DNA of 64,000 nucleotides from positions 3,534,001 through 3,598,000 of the forward strand of contig CP110440.1 of NCBI GenBank assembly GCA_026914245.1. Reading direction: 5' to 3'. Source of the stretch: Puccinia triticina. Lineage: Eukaryota. The position numbers and the translations under genes were made by a program. The notes below the pieces were generated by a model. It did no database searches and had not been told where the DNA came from. It worked only from the letters and a program-made list of their open reading frames with translations. Shown here in pieces: positions 1-12,557 of this stretch. How positions within the stretch are numbered: position 1 is the stretch's first letter; every line of letters begins with the position of its first letter.

Positions 1-459
1 TTGCGTCCAAATCTGACGTTGGCACATCCTTGACGCAAGGCCTGCATGATGGAAGTGCATTGGCACATCTTTGACGCAAGCCCAGCGCAACACAAAATGC
101 ATCGCGCCGGGCCTGCGCAACGCAAATTGCAGTACGCAATGCCTGCGTAGTATTTGCATTCGCTTGGCTGGTGCAAAAATTGCATCAACCCCAGGCTCAA
201 ACCCAGAGCTGTCAGACACTATCTAGTCTGGCAACCAGGGTCCCACTTCCACTGCATATAGACAAAAGACCTTTTAGCCTATCACCCAGTGTGCTAAACT
301 AAAACCCACGTTTTTTTGTTTAGTATTCCTGCTGACAGCCTTTTTTCGACATGTTCTCTTTTTTTTTTTTTTTGAAAAATGGAACTCTCATTACCTTTCT
401 CCTAAAGCAAAAGCATATATTGGACCCTTGCTCAAAAAAAAAAAAAAACCAATCCAATG

Positions 460-840
460 ATTGCTTGCCGACCCGGACGGTGAGCCAATCATGACCAATG
501 CTTGACGCGGGCCCAACCAGCCGACGGCGTTGGCTTGTTGCTGCTGGCAAGCCTTTGTTAGCTGTCTGCCGTGTTGGACCCTTGTTTGACGTACAGTCAA
601 GCCAACGGGGCCAACAAGTTGACCCAACCCAGCCGTACCGTTGGCCTGCTCAGCAGGGCCAAACATGGTTGGCTGGGTTATGCCATGGCACTATTCTGAC
701 CCCGCTGTCATGCCAACAGAATGGGCTGGTCGCGTTGGCACAACAGCTGGGTCGGATGGGTCAAACCAACGCGGGTCTGACCCGTCCCCAGCGTTGACCT
801 GCCTCCGCAGTAAAATTTGCGGCAGGCAGGTCAAACCTGA
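460..840. repeat. GC-rich cluster of short direct and inverted motifs (ccaac/gttgg, gacccg/cgggtc); probably a degenerate DNA-transposon end
   Basis: The motifs recur in both orientations; no TIR/TSD pair could be fixed. Confidence 0.35.
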
Positions 841-1049
841 CATTCCCTTGACCCCGCGGGCGCGCCAACGCAACTCAAAGTTGAGAATCGAGCGGTGGTG
901 TAGTGCATATTCTGGGTTTTGCCGCATTTTTTCTCAATTTTCTTCTGACTTTTGTGCGTTTGTGGCATATTTTCTCGGGGCCCCCGAAGTCTCGAGGGAG
1001 CTTGTCTCCTGGCCTTGCTCACCCCCGCCCTCGCCTGCCGACCAGGACC

Positions 1050-2546
1050 ATGCCGCCACGCACCACCCTCCGGAAGCTGCTCTCATCCCCACCCGCTCTC
1101 CAGCATCCCAGCCGGCTTGCCTTCCAGCGATCTCCGTTCTCGAGCAGTGCCTTCTCTGCCCAGAAGGAACCCACCAACCCCGCAGCCCCAGCCGCGCCGG
1201 CGTCTGCCTCTCCCTCTGCCACCTCGGCGCTGGATTACAAGCTCTCGCACCCACGAAAGAGGGCTCCTCTTCCCGCAATCGATCCGCCCAGCTGGAGTGC
1301 CGAACAGGCCGTCACCAACATCCTGTACGTTTTTCCATCCCCCGATCATCCACCATATCTGCCTGCGTTCTTACCTACGATCAGCTTGCTGTTCACTCAG
1401 ATATAACACTCCACCACCCTCTACCCAGCCGCTCGCGCGTCACGTTCTCAACTGCCTTGTCCAAAATGAGCCCGGTGTGCTTTCCCGGGTGTCGGGTATC
1501 CTAGCTGGTAGAGGGTTCAACATCGAGTCGCTCGTCGTCTGTGCCACCGAAATCCGTGAGCTGTCTCGGTCAGTTAGCCTCTCACCGATCCCCGCTTTGC
1601 TTCGCTCTGACTAATGTATCTTCCTCTGCCTCAAAACACTTCATTCAGAATGTGCATCGTCCTGAAGGGTCAAGACGCAGTCGTCGAACAGGCGCGCAGG
1701 CAGCTGGAGGATGTGGTAAGGTTTTGTTTCATCATTTCCCTTGGTCGTGGTTGCCAGCGCGAGATACTTGTGATGATAAACGAATAACTTTAGATGACGA
1801 GTCTGATAGGTCATTGACCTTATGAGGATTCCAAATCGCTACCTTATCTACATTATCTGAACCGTCTCACTCTCGCCTTTCTCTATTGATAGGTTTTCCT
1901 ACCATAACATGCTAACTATTTTTTTCTTGGCTCTCTATCAATCAATTTAGGTACCCGTCTGGGCCGTGCTCGATTACACGCACAACAAAACGATCGAGCG
2001 CGAGCTATTGCTCGTCAAGGTTTCGATCCTAGGGCCTGAATACTTTGAGGACCACCTACACTCCAAGATCTCGTCGGAGGGTCCACAATCAGCTTCGGCC
2101 ATGACGGGCGAGACCACATCAAGCGCAGCCGAAGGTAGCGCAGTTCAACAAGCCCACCTGACACCGTCCGAGGCACTACGCCAGAAACATTTCCATCTCC
2201 AGGCGCTTACCAATCTGGCGAAGCATTTCGCAGCCAAAGTGGTCGACGTGTCCAATGACGCTCTGATAATCGAGTTGAGTGCTAAGACGGCCAGGATTGA
2301 TGCGTTCCTCAAGCTCGTCAGACCGTACGGTATCCTTGAAGCAGCTCGTACTGGGATGATGGTCATGCCCCGTTCGCCTATCGATAGTAACTGGCAAGGC
2401 ATGGCTGATAGCGATCAAGCTGACGAGGTCGACGCTATCGATGCTGTATGTCCCTCTGACCCTCCCTCCTCCAACCCTTCAATACTACTCACTAATACTT
2501 TATCGGCTCCTTCACTTTTTTCTAGGGTTTATTGCCCCCTGGATAA
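1050..2546 (+). CDS. ILV6: Acetolactate synthase small (regulatory) subunit, mitochondrial; 5 exons (1050-1324, 1401-1568, 1649-1715, 1951-2445, 2526-2546)
   Basis: The GT-AG spliced frame gives the ACT domain HVLNCLVQNEPGVLSRVSGILAGRGFNIESLVVC..LSRMCIVLKGQDAVVEQARRQLEDVVPVWAVLDY, then IERELLLVKVSILGPEYF, GILEAARTG and a C-terminal LLPPG*. The N-terminus is Arg/Ser-rich, like a presequence. Confidence 0.95.
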
Positions 2547-2968
2547 TCTTGATAATCTTTGTACTTTTCATAAAACCCCAAGAGAATGAAAAAATGTTCA
2601 CCTCTCTTGTGTTTGAGATTGTCTTTTTCTTCTTTGGAAGGAGGAGTTCGGATTGGGAGAGTTGAAAGTGGAATGCGCCAAGTTGGTAATGGTGTTGGCA
2701 ACCATTTTTGCTTGGGGAATTTGGGGCTGGAATATAGAGAAATAAATGGGGTGAATGGACAAAATCCAGCAAGTTTAATCCAGAAAGTTTGATCCAGCAA
2801 GTTTGATGATTTTTTGAATAAACAGTTGAATTCAAATGCAAGAGAAAATGGAGATGTGAACTCTGCTTCAGTGATTCTAGCCCCTTTATATAGGGGTTGT
2901 CAAGATATGCCCTATCTACCAGAGAGAGGGAGGATGGCGACTGTTACCATTGCAGGGCAACATTGCAA

Positions 2969-3376
2969 CAACAATGGGAGGTTACGCTACCTGTAACGGT
3001 AGCGTAACAAAAACGTAACGGAATCCTTGCCGTTATCATTACAATGACGGTGGCAAAGCTTCCATTATGTTTTCTTTAATTTTTTTCCCTCTCTTCCTAG
3101 CCTTGTTACGTTATCCCTTGCAATTAAAGGAGGATAACCTGCGCAAAAAAGGGGAGTTTTCCCCCTTTTATGGCATTTTTACCTCTGATAACGCGGTTAA
3201 CGCGTTATCTCTGTTATTTTTCTGGGTTTTGAGGGTGAAAACACCCTCTGTTACGTTACCCACCGGCCCAAGGAGCAATGTTGCCAGATAAGGGTAACAC
3301 GTTATCTGGTAACGGTGGAAAGTTACGTTACAAAAATCCCTCTGGATATCGTAACGTATGTAACTTCCCATCGTTG
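2969..3376. mobile_element. MITE with 17-bp imperfect TIR and 7-bp TSD
   Basis: Left end is CAACAATGGGAGGTTAC; the right end reverse-complements to CAACGATGGGAAGTTAC. ATTGCAA lies at both 2962-2968 and 3377-3383. Many internal GTTAC/GTAAC motifs. Confidence 0.8.
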
Positions 3377-4301
3377 ATTGCAAGATTATTGCTACCAATT
3401 ATAGGCATATCAGGCAGGCCTGATCCCACCAGAGTCATAGGGTTAGCAGCATACCTTATCAGCCCTGGGCTCATACTGGTCCATGGAATCCTGAAGTGAT
3501 TATCCCTGAATTATCCACCAAGGTTACAAATACTGCATCCTCTTTTCACTATGCAGATATTTTTTCATCTATGTATGTCTGATGACAAAAGAATTCACTA
3601 TGTCTTTCTAGTTGCAGTCAGACAGAAGATTCAAGCTCACGCAGTCCACCCAGCGGTGTCCATTGGCTGATTCATCCTTGGAATTCCCAGTGTGAAAGGT
3701 CTCCTCAACAAGACCACAACCGGGTCAGCTCCACTGGCTACGGCTACACCCTCTGCTAAATACAACAGGGTCTATCAGCTGCTATATAGAAAATTGGAAT
3801 TGGATGAGAGCAACCCTGAAACATTAAGTCCAAGAGAAATTGAATTCATCAAGATTGTCTGCAAATTGACAAATGGCATGATGTGGGGGATGGAAATTGT
3901 TCTAGGTAGGCCATGCTCAGATAGCTTGGATTGTTGAGATACAGATATGCTTATATATCTGATTTTGTATGCTTTGATCAAAACTCTGGTAATCTTGTAT
4001 TTAGCTCTATCCAGATTACCGTAGAAGTTTTCTCCTCTAGTGAATTCAAACCATTTAATTTCACTCACAAAGTGTGACTGGCTTGTCAGCCGTGAAATTT
4101 GGTCCCCTGCAACATGGATAAGGCCTGCAATTTTCAGGGTTCAATGTTCCACCAGAATTGTCAAATTACAAGAACTGATACTGCAACAGTGCAACAAGTA
4201 CAACACATGGAGTGTATATGGTACATGTTTTTCATTGAATATGTGTACCTACATGTCCAATTTTTTTGGGTAGCTGTTTGCAAACCCCCAATCCTTGGGG
4301 G

Positions 4302-5286
4302 TTAACATGATGGTTCACCAACAGATATTACATAAGCTATCCTAAAGAATCTGCCAGTGGCCCCAGGTGCAAGAGGTACGTCGAGAAAGTTAGAGACTCG
4401 CTGTCTCCACAAGGTGTAGTTGTCCATTGATAGGAGACGAATACCTTTGACAACAGTCTTGACGAGAGAGTTGTGAAGTCCGTCCATAGCAGAAGCAGTT
4501 GATGAAGCAGGTTTTTGGTCTTTGATAGCGACAGCGGTACTCGGTTTTGATTTAGATGAGGAATCACCGTCGGACATAAAGGTTTAAGTTGGTTTCCGGT
4601 TTCGACTGTTAATCGTAAAGAACCTATGACTTGATTTCTGTGTAAATAAGACCAAAAACTGAAAGAACAAAAATGTGAGACAGGGAATAATCAAGAAAGA
4701 TAAAGAAATAGACACAATGGATGAAGAACAAACCCTGAGATAAATAACTATCTGTAGAAGAACAACTGGATAAGAGGAGTTTTTACAAGTGGTTGAGTTG
4801 AGCTGAGAGATGGATAAGGAGGATCAGTTGAGGGATAATGAGATAAAAGAGTGGTAACAAAATAATGAACAAACCCAGTTAGAAATTTAGGAACAACAGT
4901 TTAAGAAACAAGAAGAGGAGCGCTAAGATCTGAAGACGGTCAACTAATGAATAAAAGAAAGGGAGTTAGCCAAAGGAGAATCAGATGAGATTGTAGACGA
5001 ATCCGGAAACGCAGAGTTGCATTTCTCACCAAGTGGAAAGCTACAAAGGCGGTCCAAGTCAAAGCTTTTGGGGACTTGTTGACAGACAGCAATTGATGTC
5101 TTGAGGATTCTTGAGGTCTTGATCTTGATTGAGGATAGAGTGCAGGTTGAAGAGGATTGACGAGTGTAGTGTCGGACTGATGAGATTTGGTCCGAAGGAG
5201 AGGATTTGAGGTCGATGATCTTGAGAGTTCAGGTGAAGCGGGAGACAAATAGGCTTCTAAGATTAGGTTTTTGGCCATGAGTAACA
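4302..5286 (-). mobile_element. Truncated Ty1/Copia element: probable LTR (~5286-4627) plus gag N-terminus (4577-~4380)
   Basis: The ORF contains IRLLSMDNYTLWRQRVSNFLD, a Copia gag L...NY..W motif. Upstream, the minus strand runs TGTTAC...AAGTCA and is followed by TAGGTT. Confidence 0.6.
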
Positions 5287-5913
5287 GTTGATGGTGCTTG
5301 ATGCGCCGCAGACTAAGAGCGCGGACAGAAAGCGCATGCCGCGAGCCAAAGCGAGTTTAAGGCAAGTGTTGGATTTCTATTTCTTCCTTCTGCCTCATTG
5401 TCTTCCCAGAGCTCTTGGTTGTCATTCTCATATCACCTCATGCCTGTCACACCTGATGTTTACTTTTAGTTTGGTCATGCTTCCTGTCTCACTAGCCATG
5501 TGACCTTGATCCCTGTCTAGAATAGCCCGATCAGCTTTCCAACTACTGTGTTTCCTTGTGTGCGCTTGCTCTGCTTGTGATTCCTTGACTGTCACCAATC
5601 TCTCCCCGAGTTCCATCTGATTCCATCACCTTCTATGCATATTCATTTCATTCTCAAACCCACAACTTGATCCTGTGTACATAGTCTATATCAACCCAGC
5701 CTAGACACAGTAATCAAACCTCATTGGTTCTTTCTCTAATTATCCGCGCCTCCAATCTGAGCCAATCCGGTGAGCCTTCATCCCCTCACTGTCCCCTCTT
5801 GAGCCTAAAGGCTCATCTCTTGCGCTCTCTTCGTGCGGCGATCTTCATTTGAAATCCCTTCACAATTGACAGTTGAACATCGCTCCAACTTTCATCCTCA
5901 ACTTCATCTCATC

Positions 5914-6600
5914 ATGTCATCCAACTACGCCGTTTGAGAAAACAAGATCCTTCTCACCAACAAGAACTATCCTCTTTGGCTCCTTCCGATTGAAGCAAAA
6001 CTCCACAAATTGAAGTATCTCAATGTTGTCACTGGTGTGATCCCCTTGCCCAATCCTGAAAAGGATAAAGACAACTTCAAGCTTTATGTCAAGTACAATG
6101 AAGATGCGTATGCCGAGATTGTCCAACTTGTCAGTCAAGAAGTCCTCGCCTATGTCAGTTCCTCTCTTCCAGAAGACAATAATTTCAACGGTCACAAACT
6201 CTGGCAGCTCCTCAAGTCCAAGTATGCTGGCAACAATCTCACTGCAAAAACAACAGCTCTCAAACAATTTCTTGCCGTCAATTTTGATTCCTTCATCTCG
6301 TTCATGCCCTCAATCCAATCGGCCAACCAGAAGATCAACCTTTCGCGCCTTGTTCTTGATGATCAAGTCCGGACCATTCTGATGCTTGACAAACTCCCTC
6401 AAGAGTTTCATTCCTTCAAGACCAACATCTCGATGAACTTTGAGACCATTCCATTCAATCAAGTCCTTAAGAAGCTTGAAGATTTTGCCGCCCAAAATCA
6501 ACTCAATACCAAGACTTCGCCTGGATTGATTGCTCAGACCGCTCTTCACACTAACGCAACCGGTCCGATCTGTCCGCACTGCAAGAAATCCAACAGCGAG
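5914..6600 (+). pseudogene. Ty1/Copia gag pseudogene
   Basis: ATG at 5914 with an in-frame TGA at 5935. It reads KILLTNKNYPLWLLPIEAKL, LWQLLKSKYA and LDKLPQEFHSFK, and breaks off in a partial zinc knuckle (CPHCKK). Confidence 0.8.
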
Positions 6601-6640
6601 TTTCAACACTACCAACCAACCACCCAGCTGGAAGCCACAA

Positions 6641-6726
6641 GCGCCTGTAGCCTAATTGGTAAAGGCAGCACTCTAGTATGTGTCTCAGCATAGCTGAGGT
6701 CGTGAGTTTAACTCTCACCAGACACA
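6641..6726 (+). ncRNA. tRNA-like sequence (Thr-AGT-derived pseudogene or element-borne Pol III cassette)
   Basis: D arm GCCT-AATTGGTAA-AGGC; anticodon region GCACT-CT-AGT-A-TGTGT; extra hairpin CTCAGC-ATA-GCTGAG; T arm GTGAG-TTTAACT-CTCAC; acceptor stem 5/7 paired; TTTT shortly downstream. Confidence 0.6.
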
Positions 6727-7698
6727 TCTTCATTTTACAGTCTCTACATGAAGTTCTATGAAAAGGATGTGGATTTTGAATGAATGACAAAGAAAGGGAA
6801 ACCATGGTGAAGACCAGCTTGAGGAAAAAGGAGAGAAGTCCCTTCAAACGGGAGTACAAGATATATCAGGCACAATATCATGTATAAGCATAAATACATA
6901 TGTGTCTAATGAGTCGAGTTTCAGTAAGGGTGAAACGCTGTAAGACTCAAAAGTGGTTGTGAAACCCTTTTGCTGAATGGAGAAGGGGATGATGGAGGTG
7001 CAAACTCTGCCCTTCTATACTATCAGATAACAAGACCCACCAAGCCAAGCTTGGCAAGTTTTAATCAAGTGATAGGTCTGGTCTAGTTCCAGATGAAGTT
7101 GTTCGATGACAGGTATGTGAGATTTGAGAGTGAGTTCAGTAGTTATTTGCAAATATAAGGGTTGTAGTGATGTGTGAAGGTGATGGTAAGTGTGAAGGGT
7201 GGTATGTAAATAACTGGGGAATACTGAGCTGAGGGAAAAACAACTGGGGGGGGGAGAGAGAGCTCCTTATATAGACAAATGTGAGGGATTTTAGCTACAA
7301 GGGGGACCCTGGATGAGGGATTTTAGCTGGTGGGCTGCGTACAAGTGGTGTCAGAAGATACTAAATACAGGCAAAAAGTGGGGTGAGAAATGAAAGATGA
7401 TGTCATACTAATTAATGCAAGGAGCGCATAAACGAAGCGGGGAATGTCAAATACAGAGGTAATTCATGCAAGGGGTGCATGAGTGGTGTCAGACTAATGC
7501 AAGGAGTGCAGAAATGGGGTCAGAAGACTGCATGCAGCTGCAAGGGGTGCATAAATGAAGCAGGGACATGTCAAATACAGAAGAAATGGGGTTGGTCCCC
7601 TGCATATGCAGTGGAGATAAGAGGGATAGAAAAGAGTATGTGTTTGGCTGGGGCTGAGTATGTGTATACCTGGGAAAGGTGACTTGAGGGGTGTGACA
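6646..7698 (-). mobile_element. LTR-like segment (~1.05 kb)
   Basis: The minus strand starts TGTCACACCCC and ends GGCTACA, with a CTATATAAGG TATA-like box near 7270 and short U3-like repeats at 7400-7600. No TSD found. Confidence 0.45.
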
Positions 7699-10156
7699 GG
7701 TTGATGACTGGGGCTGGCTGTGTCCATGAGGGTCCAAGAGGGTGTAACTTCCAATCCAGTGGGGTTCCAGTGACGCTTCCAGTGGTGACTAGGGGTAAAA
7801 TTGGCCGTAGAATCCATTTCTGAGGTCCATTTGGTGGTATCTTGAGGCCTAGGGTGAGTAAATATATGTATGAGGAAAAACTTTTGACTTTTCACTTTTC
7901 TGTCTACCACAACGTGAGTGAAAGTCTTACAAAATTCCATTTTCTTGACACTTAAACAGTGCACTCTTTTGGCTATTGCTAAATATCTTGATCCTGGCAC
8001 AGGCAAATATCTATCAGTGAAAGACAAATCTGGACTCCATTGAACTCAATGGCTCTCCTGACCACAAGGCTTTGTTTGCTGGCACTCCCAACCCAGCCAG
8101 CCATTGAAAAAAGTCCAACCAGGATCCTTATTGTACGTGAGTAAAATAGGATGTCAAATAACAATCACACACTTTTTAGAGCAGAGGGGAATTTCCTGAT
8201 GAGTGATTTATGAACTGTTTTTCCCTTGTATACCCAGTCAATGTGCTCCTTTGGTAAAACAATTCTGTGATTGGTGTGTGATTCTTCACCCCATTTTACT
8301 TGCGTACAATAGGGTGAAAAATTACAAACCAATCAGAAACTGTTCAGACCAGAGGGCAATGTCCATCAGAATGGCTTCTGAACAATTTCATCCTCATGTA
8401 TGGTACTTGAATTGGCAATATAGAAATGGAGCTACAAATGAGTTGAAGTAGAATTCAGTACAAATTCACTAGGATTCAATGATAGTTAGGATCAAATAAT
8501 TGCACATAATTCCATAAGTAGGTTGGCCTGTAGTTCTTGGGTTGTGTAGTTCTTGTTAGAATTTTAAATATTTCAGAAAAAACACCATGATGAATCCCAG
8601 TGCACTCCAGACAAAAACCAAAATAGAATTTATCTATGGCACTACCTGGAGAGTGCATCCAAATCTTCCCTGGTGTATATATTGGGCTTAGAAGTGGAGA
8701 TTATCTAAGTTGTTGGAGCTATGAGCCTATGAAATGTATGTGAAAGATAGCATGTACCACAGTGGGCTGATCATGAGACTCCCCCAACCAGAAACACCCC
8801 ACCAGCATCTATCTACCCTTGATTTTTGCACCCAAGATATTCACTGGTGCAGGTCCTTTTCATTACAGTCAAATGTGTGAAATGGAATACTTATGAAACC
8901 ACATTACCCCCCATAGTGCATGTGAGTTTTATTCTACTGTAGTTGGTGCAGGCAAAAATGGTTTTTTGGGGGGCTTACATGCTGCATAAAGGAATACCTC
9001 ACCTGGTTACCTAAATTTTGTGCATCAATCTGCATCTGCGAAACTGATATAAAACTAGAATTTTTCTTCAAATGATTACCAGCATTATCAAGCTCATTGA
9101 GGCAAAATTTACCTCAATTTATCTATCCTGCCTTGGCAAAAAGAATTATTCCCATGATCTAGCTGCCAAGCAACCAAGTATAAATTATTCAATCAAGGCT
9201 TGCAAAGACTTAAATCTCAGTACACTCAAAGAACATTACAGAGAAATGAAGATCAAGAACATTTTAAGTTGTTTCCTACTTATTCCATATATAAATAGGC
9301 CTTGTTTCCTCTTATACACACTCAATAGAAACAAAATCCCCATCAGTATTCATAGACACTTGGGAAATACCCCTCAAACTGCAAAGTATACAAGTGGCTT
9401 GGTGGGTTCTGCAAGGAATGATGGAAGGAATCAAGTGGAAAATATCCCTGAAACCACATAACTTTCAAGCAGTTCCAGAGGCTTTATAACTACTAGCTAT
9501 ATGTGTATAGAGATAACCTATCCTACCACCTAACCCCCTAAGCCACATACCTAATCCACTTTACAGCGGGGTATGCAGATTCATGGGTTTGACTGTAATT
9601 CTAAAACAGCATGCAATGTAAAATATACTCATTGTTAGACAACCAACTTTGTTGTGTAACAGTGAGCCAAAACAGCCTCTTGGAGGATCCCCTCCTGTCC
9701 AATGAGGCTGTGTACACCCCCATTCAAAGAGGCTGGCAATCCTTCCTCATTGAAATAAACTTTTTTTAGATACTGGTGGACTGGGAGGAATCTCTCTTGG
9801 CCACCAAGGTCAAATAGCCTCATCCAACAGGACTTTTGGCCACTGGCTATTGTTTTTGTATGACTTCTCAGACAAGTTTTACCCAAGCTATGAATGCCAT
9901 TAGACAATCAACAAATGCAACAATAATTGATTTGATCTGTCTGCACAAGTTGTGAGTTTCCATTTGTGTACAGATGCTTCATATAAAAATTGGTTTTTTT
10001 CCTTGTTTTAATTGACTTCCAGCTTGATAAATACCAGCTTCACTTGAAAAAAAAAGTCAAACCAGAAGTTCTTTTTCCCACTGACAGTCTGTGATATCTT
10101 TTGATTTGATCAAAGCCATCTGGGTCATCTTGAGAACAAAACTTACCAGGAAAATA

Positions 10157-12108
10157 ATGGACACCCAGCAAATTCTCCATGTCATCCTCTGGTCTGCCTT
10201 GATTTCAGCAGCCATGGGTATCCCACCTGCCTTGGAAACCACCCTTGAACGCTCAAATCCAGATGTTTCAATCATAAATGAAGTGAGAGAAGCTGCTGGT
10301 TGGTTGAGAATCAATTTTTTTCTAATGAGAACCAATTATAAATTATTTCTGATGGTTTACCCACATTACTGATTCAATTCTTAAACACTCATACAAGTGA
10401 AAAACTGTGTTGAGGAAGGAGAACACACAAATCTGTCAGAAGATTACTTTTTCCCAAACTCAAGAGTATCAGGTGGAAGACGTCTGCTAGTCAAGGACCT
10501 TTCAGCTGGAGCCAAACGTTAGTTCTTCCCTCAGCTTGCAGAGACTACCTCATGTGAGATCCAGGCTGATGTCTTCTGATTATTGAGATCATAGGTGCAC
10601 GAAAGAGTTGGTTGCAAAATGAAGGCAAGTTTCCTTATTTTGAATTCTACCAATGATCATGAACCTTTGCTGTGCCATAGCTTATTGAAGAAAGTTATAA
10701 TTGGTAGGCAAGGTTAAATTGCTTGAAGAGTATTCTGAGGAGTTAGATGAACTCCAGAAGGAACTTGAGGCTCAGTTCAAAAGGCTTTTGGATTACGATA
10801 GACACAATGAAATCCTGCCCAAGGCAACGGAACTGGTCCAAGAATCAAAACAATACATTTCAAGACTCATTACATGGAAGTTTCTCGAGCTGGGGAATTC
10901 CGGGAGAAAGAATGCTGTCGCTGATGAAAGTGAACCATCAGATCTACCAGATCATATCTGGGAACCAATCTTTGACAAATTATCTGTTCCTTTATTTGGG
11001 AAAATCCAAAAGCTCATAACCAATCACAATATCATATTTGCTGACTTATATCTTCAGTTCTACCCGAGATGCAACACCCTTGCAGCTTGGGAGTATGTGT
11101 TCAAAATCCTTGATTTTCTGTTTGAAAATGGACTCATCAGCCCTCAAGCAATCCAATCTATGTTTCAAAAAGAGGACCTAGTTTATCAGTACGTTTACTA
11201 TGCCAAAACCTTCCTCCAAATAAAAACTCAATACGCATCCAAATGGATGAGCATGGCAAATTTGACAGATGTGTGGTCTGAGCCGTATCTCAATAAATTC
11301 TGCCAAGGTATCTATATACTTTTTCCCCTTACATTTTCTTGCTTTCTAATTTTTATTGTTTTTTTTATACAATGCATGAATAGCTCTGACAAGAAGGGAG
11401 AGAAACACGATCAACTTCATTTTCCGAGTTGAGAGTTTGAAGTCAGGAGGAAAGCCCTTGTATGCAGGCAGAAGATATGGAGGATTTGAGGGCTTTTCAT
11501 GCCAGAAATACGTGGATAAATTCAGCTCTTTTGATGAGCCGACGTATCCCAATCCATCGCAAAGTGGAAACAACAAACCTCCTTTGCCAGTCCGCTCTGA
11601 GCTGAATCAAGAAGATGTGAAGGAGATAGTCAGACATCTGGTTATCAATCACCCCAAAGCCACATCCATTGATGATCCAGAATCTGGAAAACTTGCTAGA
11701 GTTCTGGTTTTTAATACTGTCAATCTGTTCTTATTCATAGAAGAGGAACTACACACACGGGCTTTCTCTGAGCTGTGAGTAATGCAAGATCCATCTTTGA
11801 CAGAATGATTCAGATCACTGTACTAATCATGAGTAATGTGTTGAATCAGGTTGATGGCTCCTGAATTTGTGATGATCCTGCGCACATCCCTGGGGTTCAA
11901 GCCTCCAGAACCCCGCAGAGCGCCTCAAGACCTCCTCAAGCTAGTGAAAAGAATGGCCCGATATCACATTGCTCGCAACAGATATGAATGGGGTGGGAAT
12001 CAGGCAGCTATCAAGGACATGTTGGATGAGATGGCTGGTTCTTTTGGTGAATTTGGAGAAAAACACAGGAAGCAGTTGCAAGACTTCCTGAAGTTTGATT
12101 TCTTGTGA
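10157..12108 (+). CDS. Multi-exon secreted protein, candidate effector
   Basis: Signal-peptide-like MDTQQILHVILWSALISAAMG. GT-AG introns near 11308-11383 and 11775-11849 join ORFs 10701, 11437 and 11851 in frame. The 5' small exons are less certain, and I recognise no domain. Confidence 0.7.
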
Positions 12109-12557
12109 ACATGTTTTAAGATGAGGACGGTACATAATGACTGAGATCAACCGTAATTTGCTAACAGCCATTGAGAAGCCATAGATCTCTTGTCAATCTT
12201 GTTCTGAAGCCCCTGGATTCTAGTAGGCTGCTAGATACACAGCATTTAGTCTAAAGAGATTTGCAAATATTATTCCATTGAATCTCATTCCATCAAACTT
12301 CTTTCCTCTATGAGCTTAGGTCACATGTTTTTGGTGGCTCTGCAAGCAAAAATAACAATAGACTTGTTTTTCTGCCCTCTTTTTCTGACTCATGCACAGG
12401 TTCTGACTGACTTAACTAAGCCTCCCGGGACTGGGGGTGCGGAGCACCCTGATGCGAAGCATCTCCCATTCCCAATGGGAGGCTTATGAGTTATTGGCTT
12501 TTTTCCGCCTGAGAGCTTCAGGAAATTTGTGGCTTTTGGCCAACTTTTTGAATCAAA

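Noticed and set aside
1..210. Defined mobile element
   Set aside because: Repeated gcgcaa/tgcat motifs suggest a transposon end, but the window edge cuts it off.
6641..6726. Functional tRNA or amber (CTA) suppressor
   Set aside because: The CTA register gives no anticodon stem; the T loop lacks TTC, the acceptor stem has two mismatches and the anticodon loop is irregular.
7750..10000. Genes in the AT-rich, CpG-poor stretch
   Set aside because: Only short ORFs with no recognisable motifs; probably decayed repeat, but no family can be supported.
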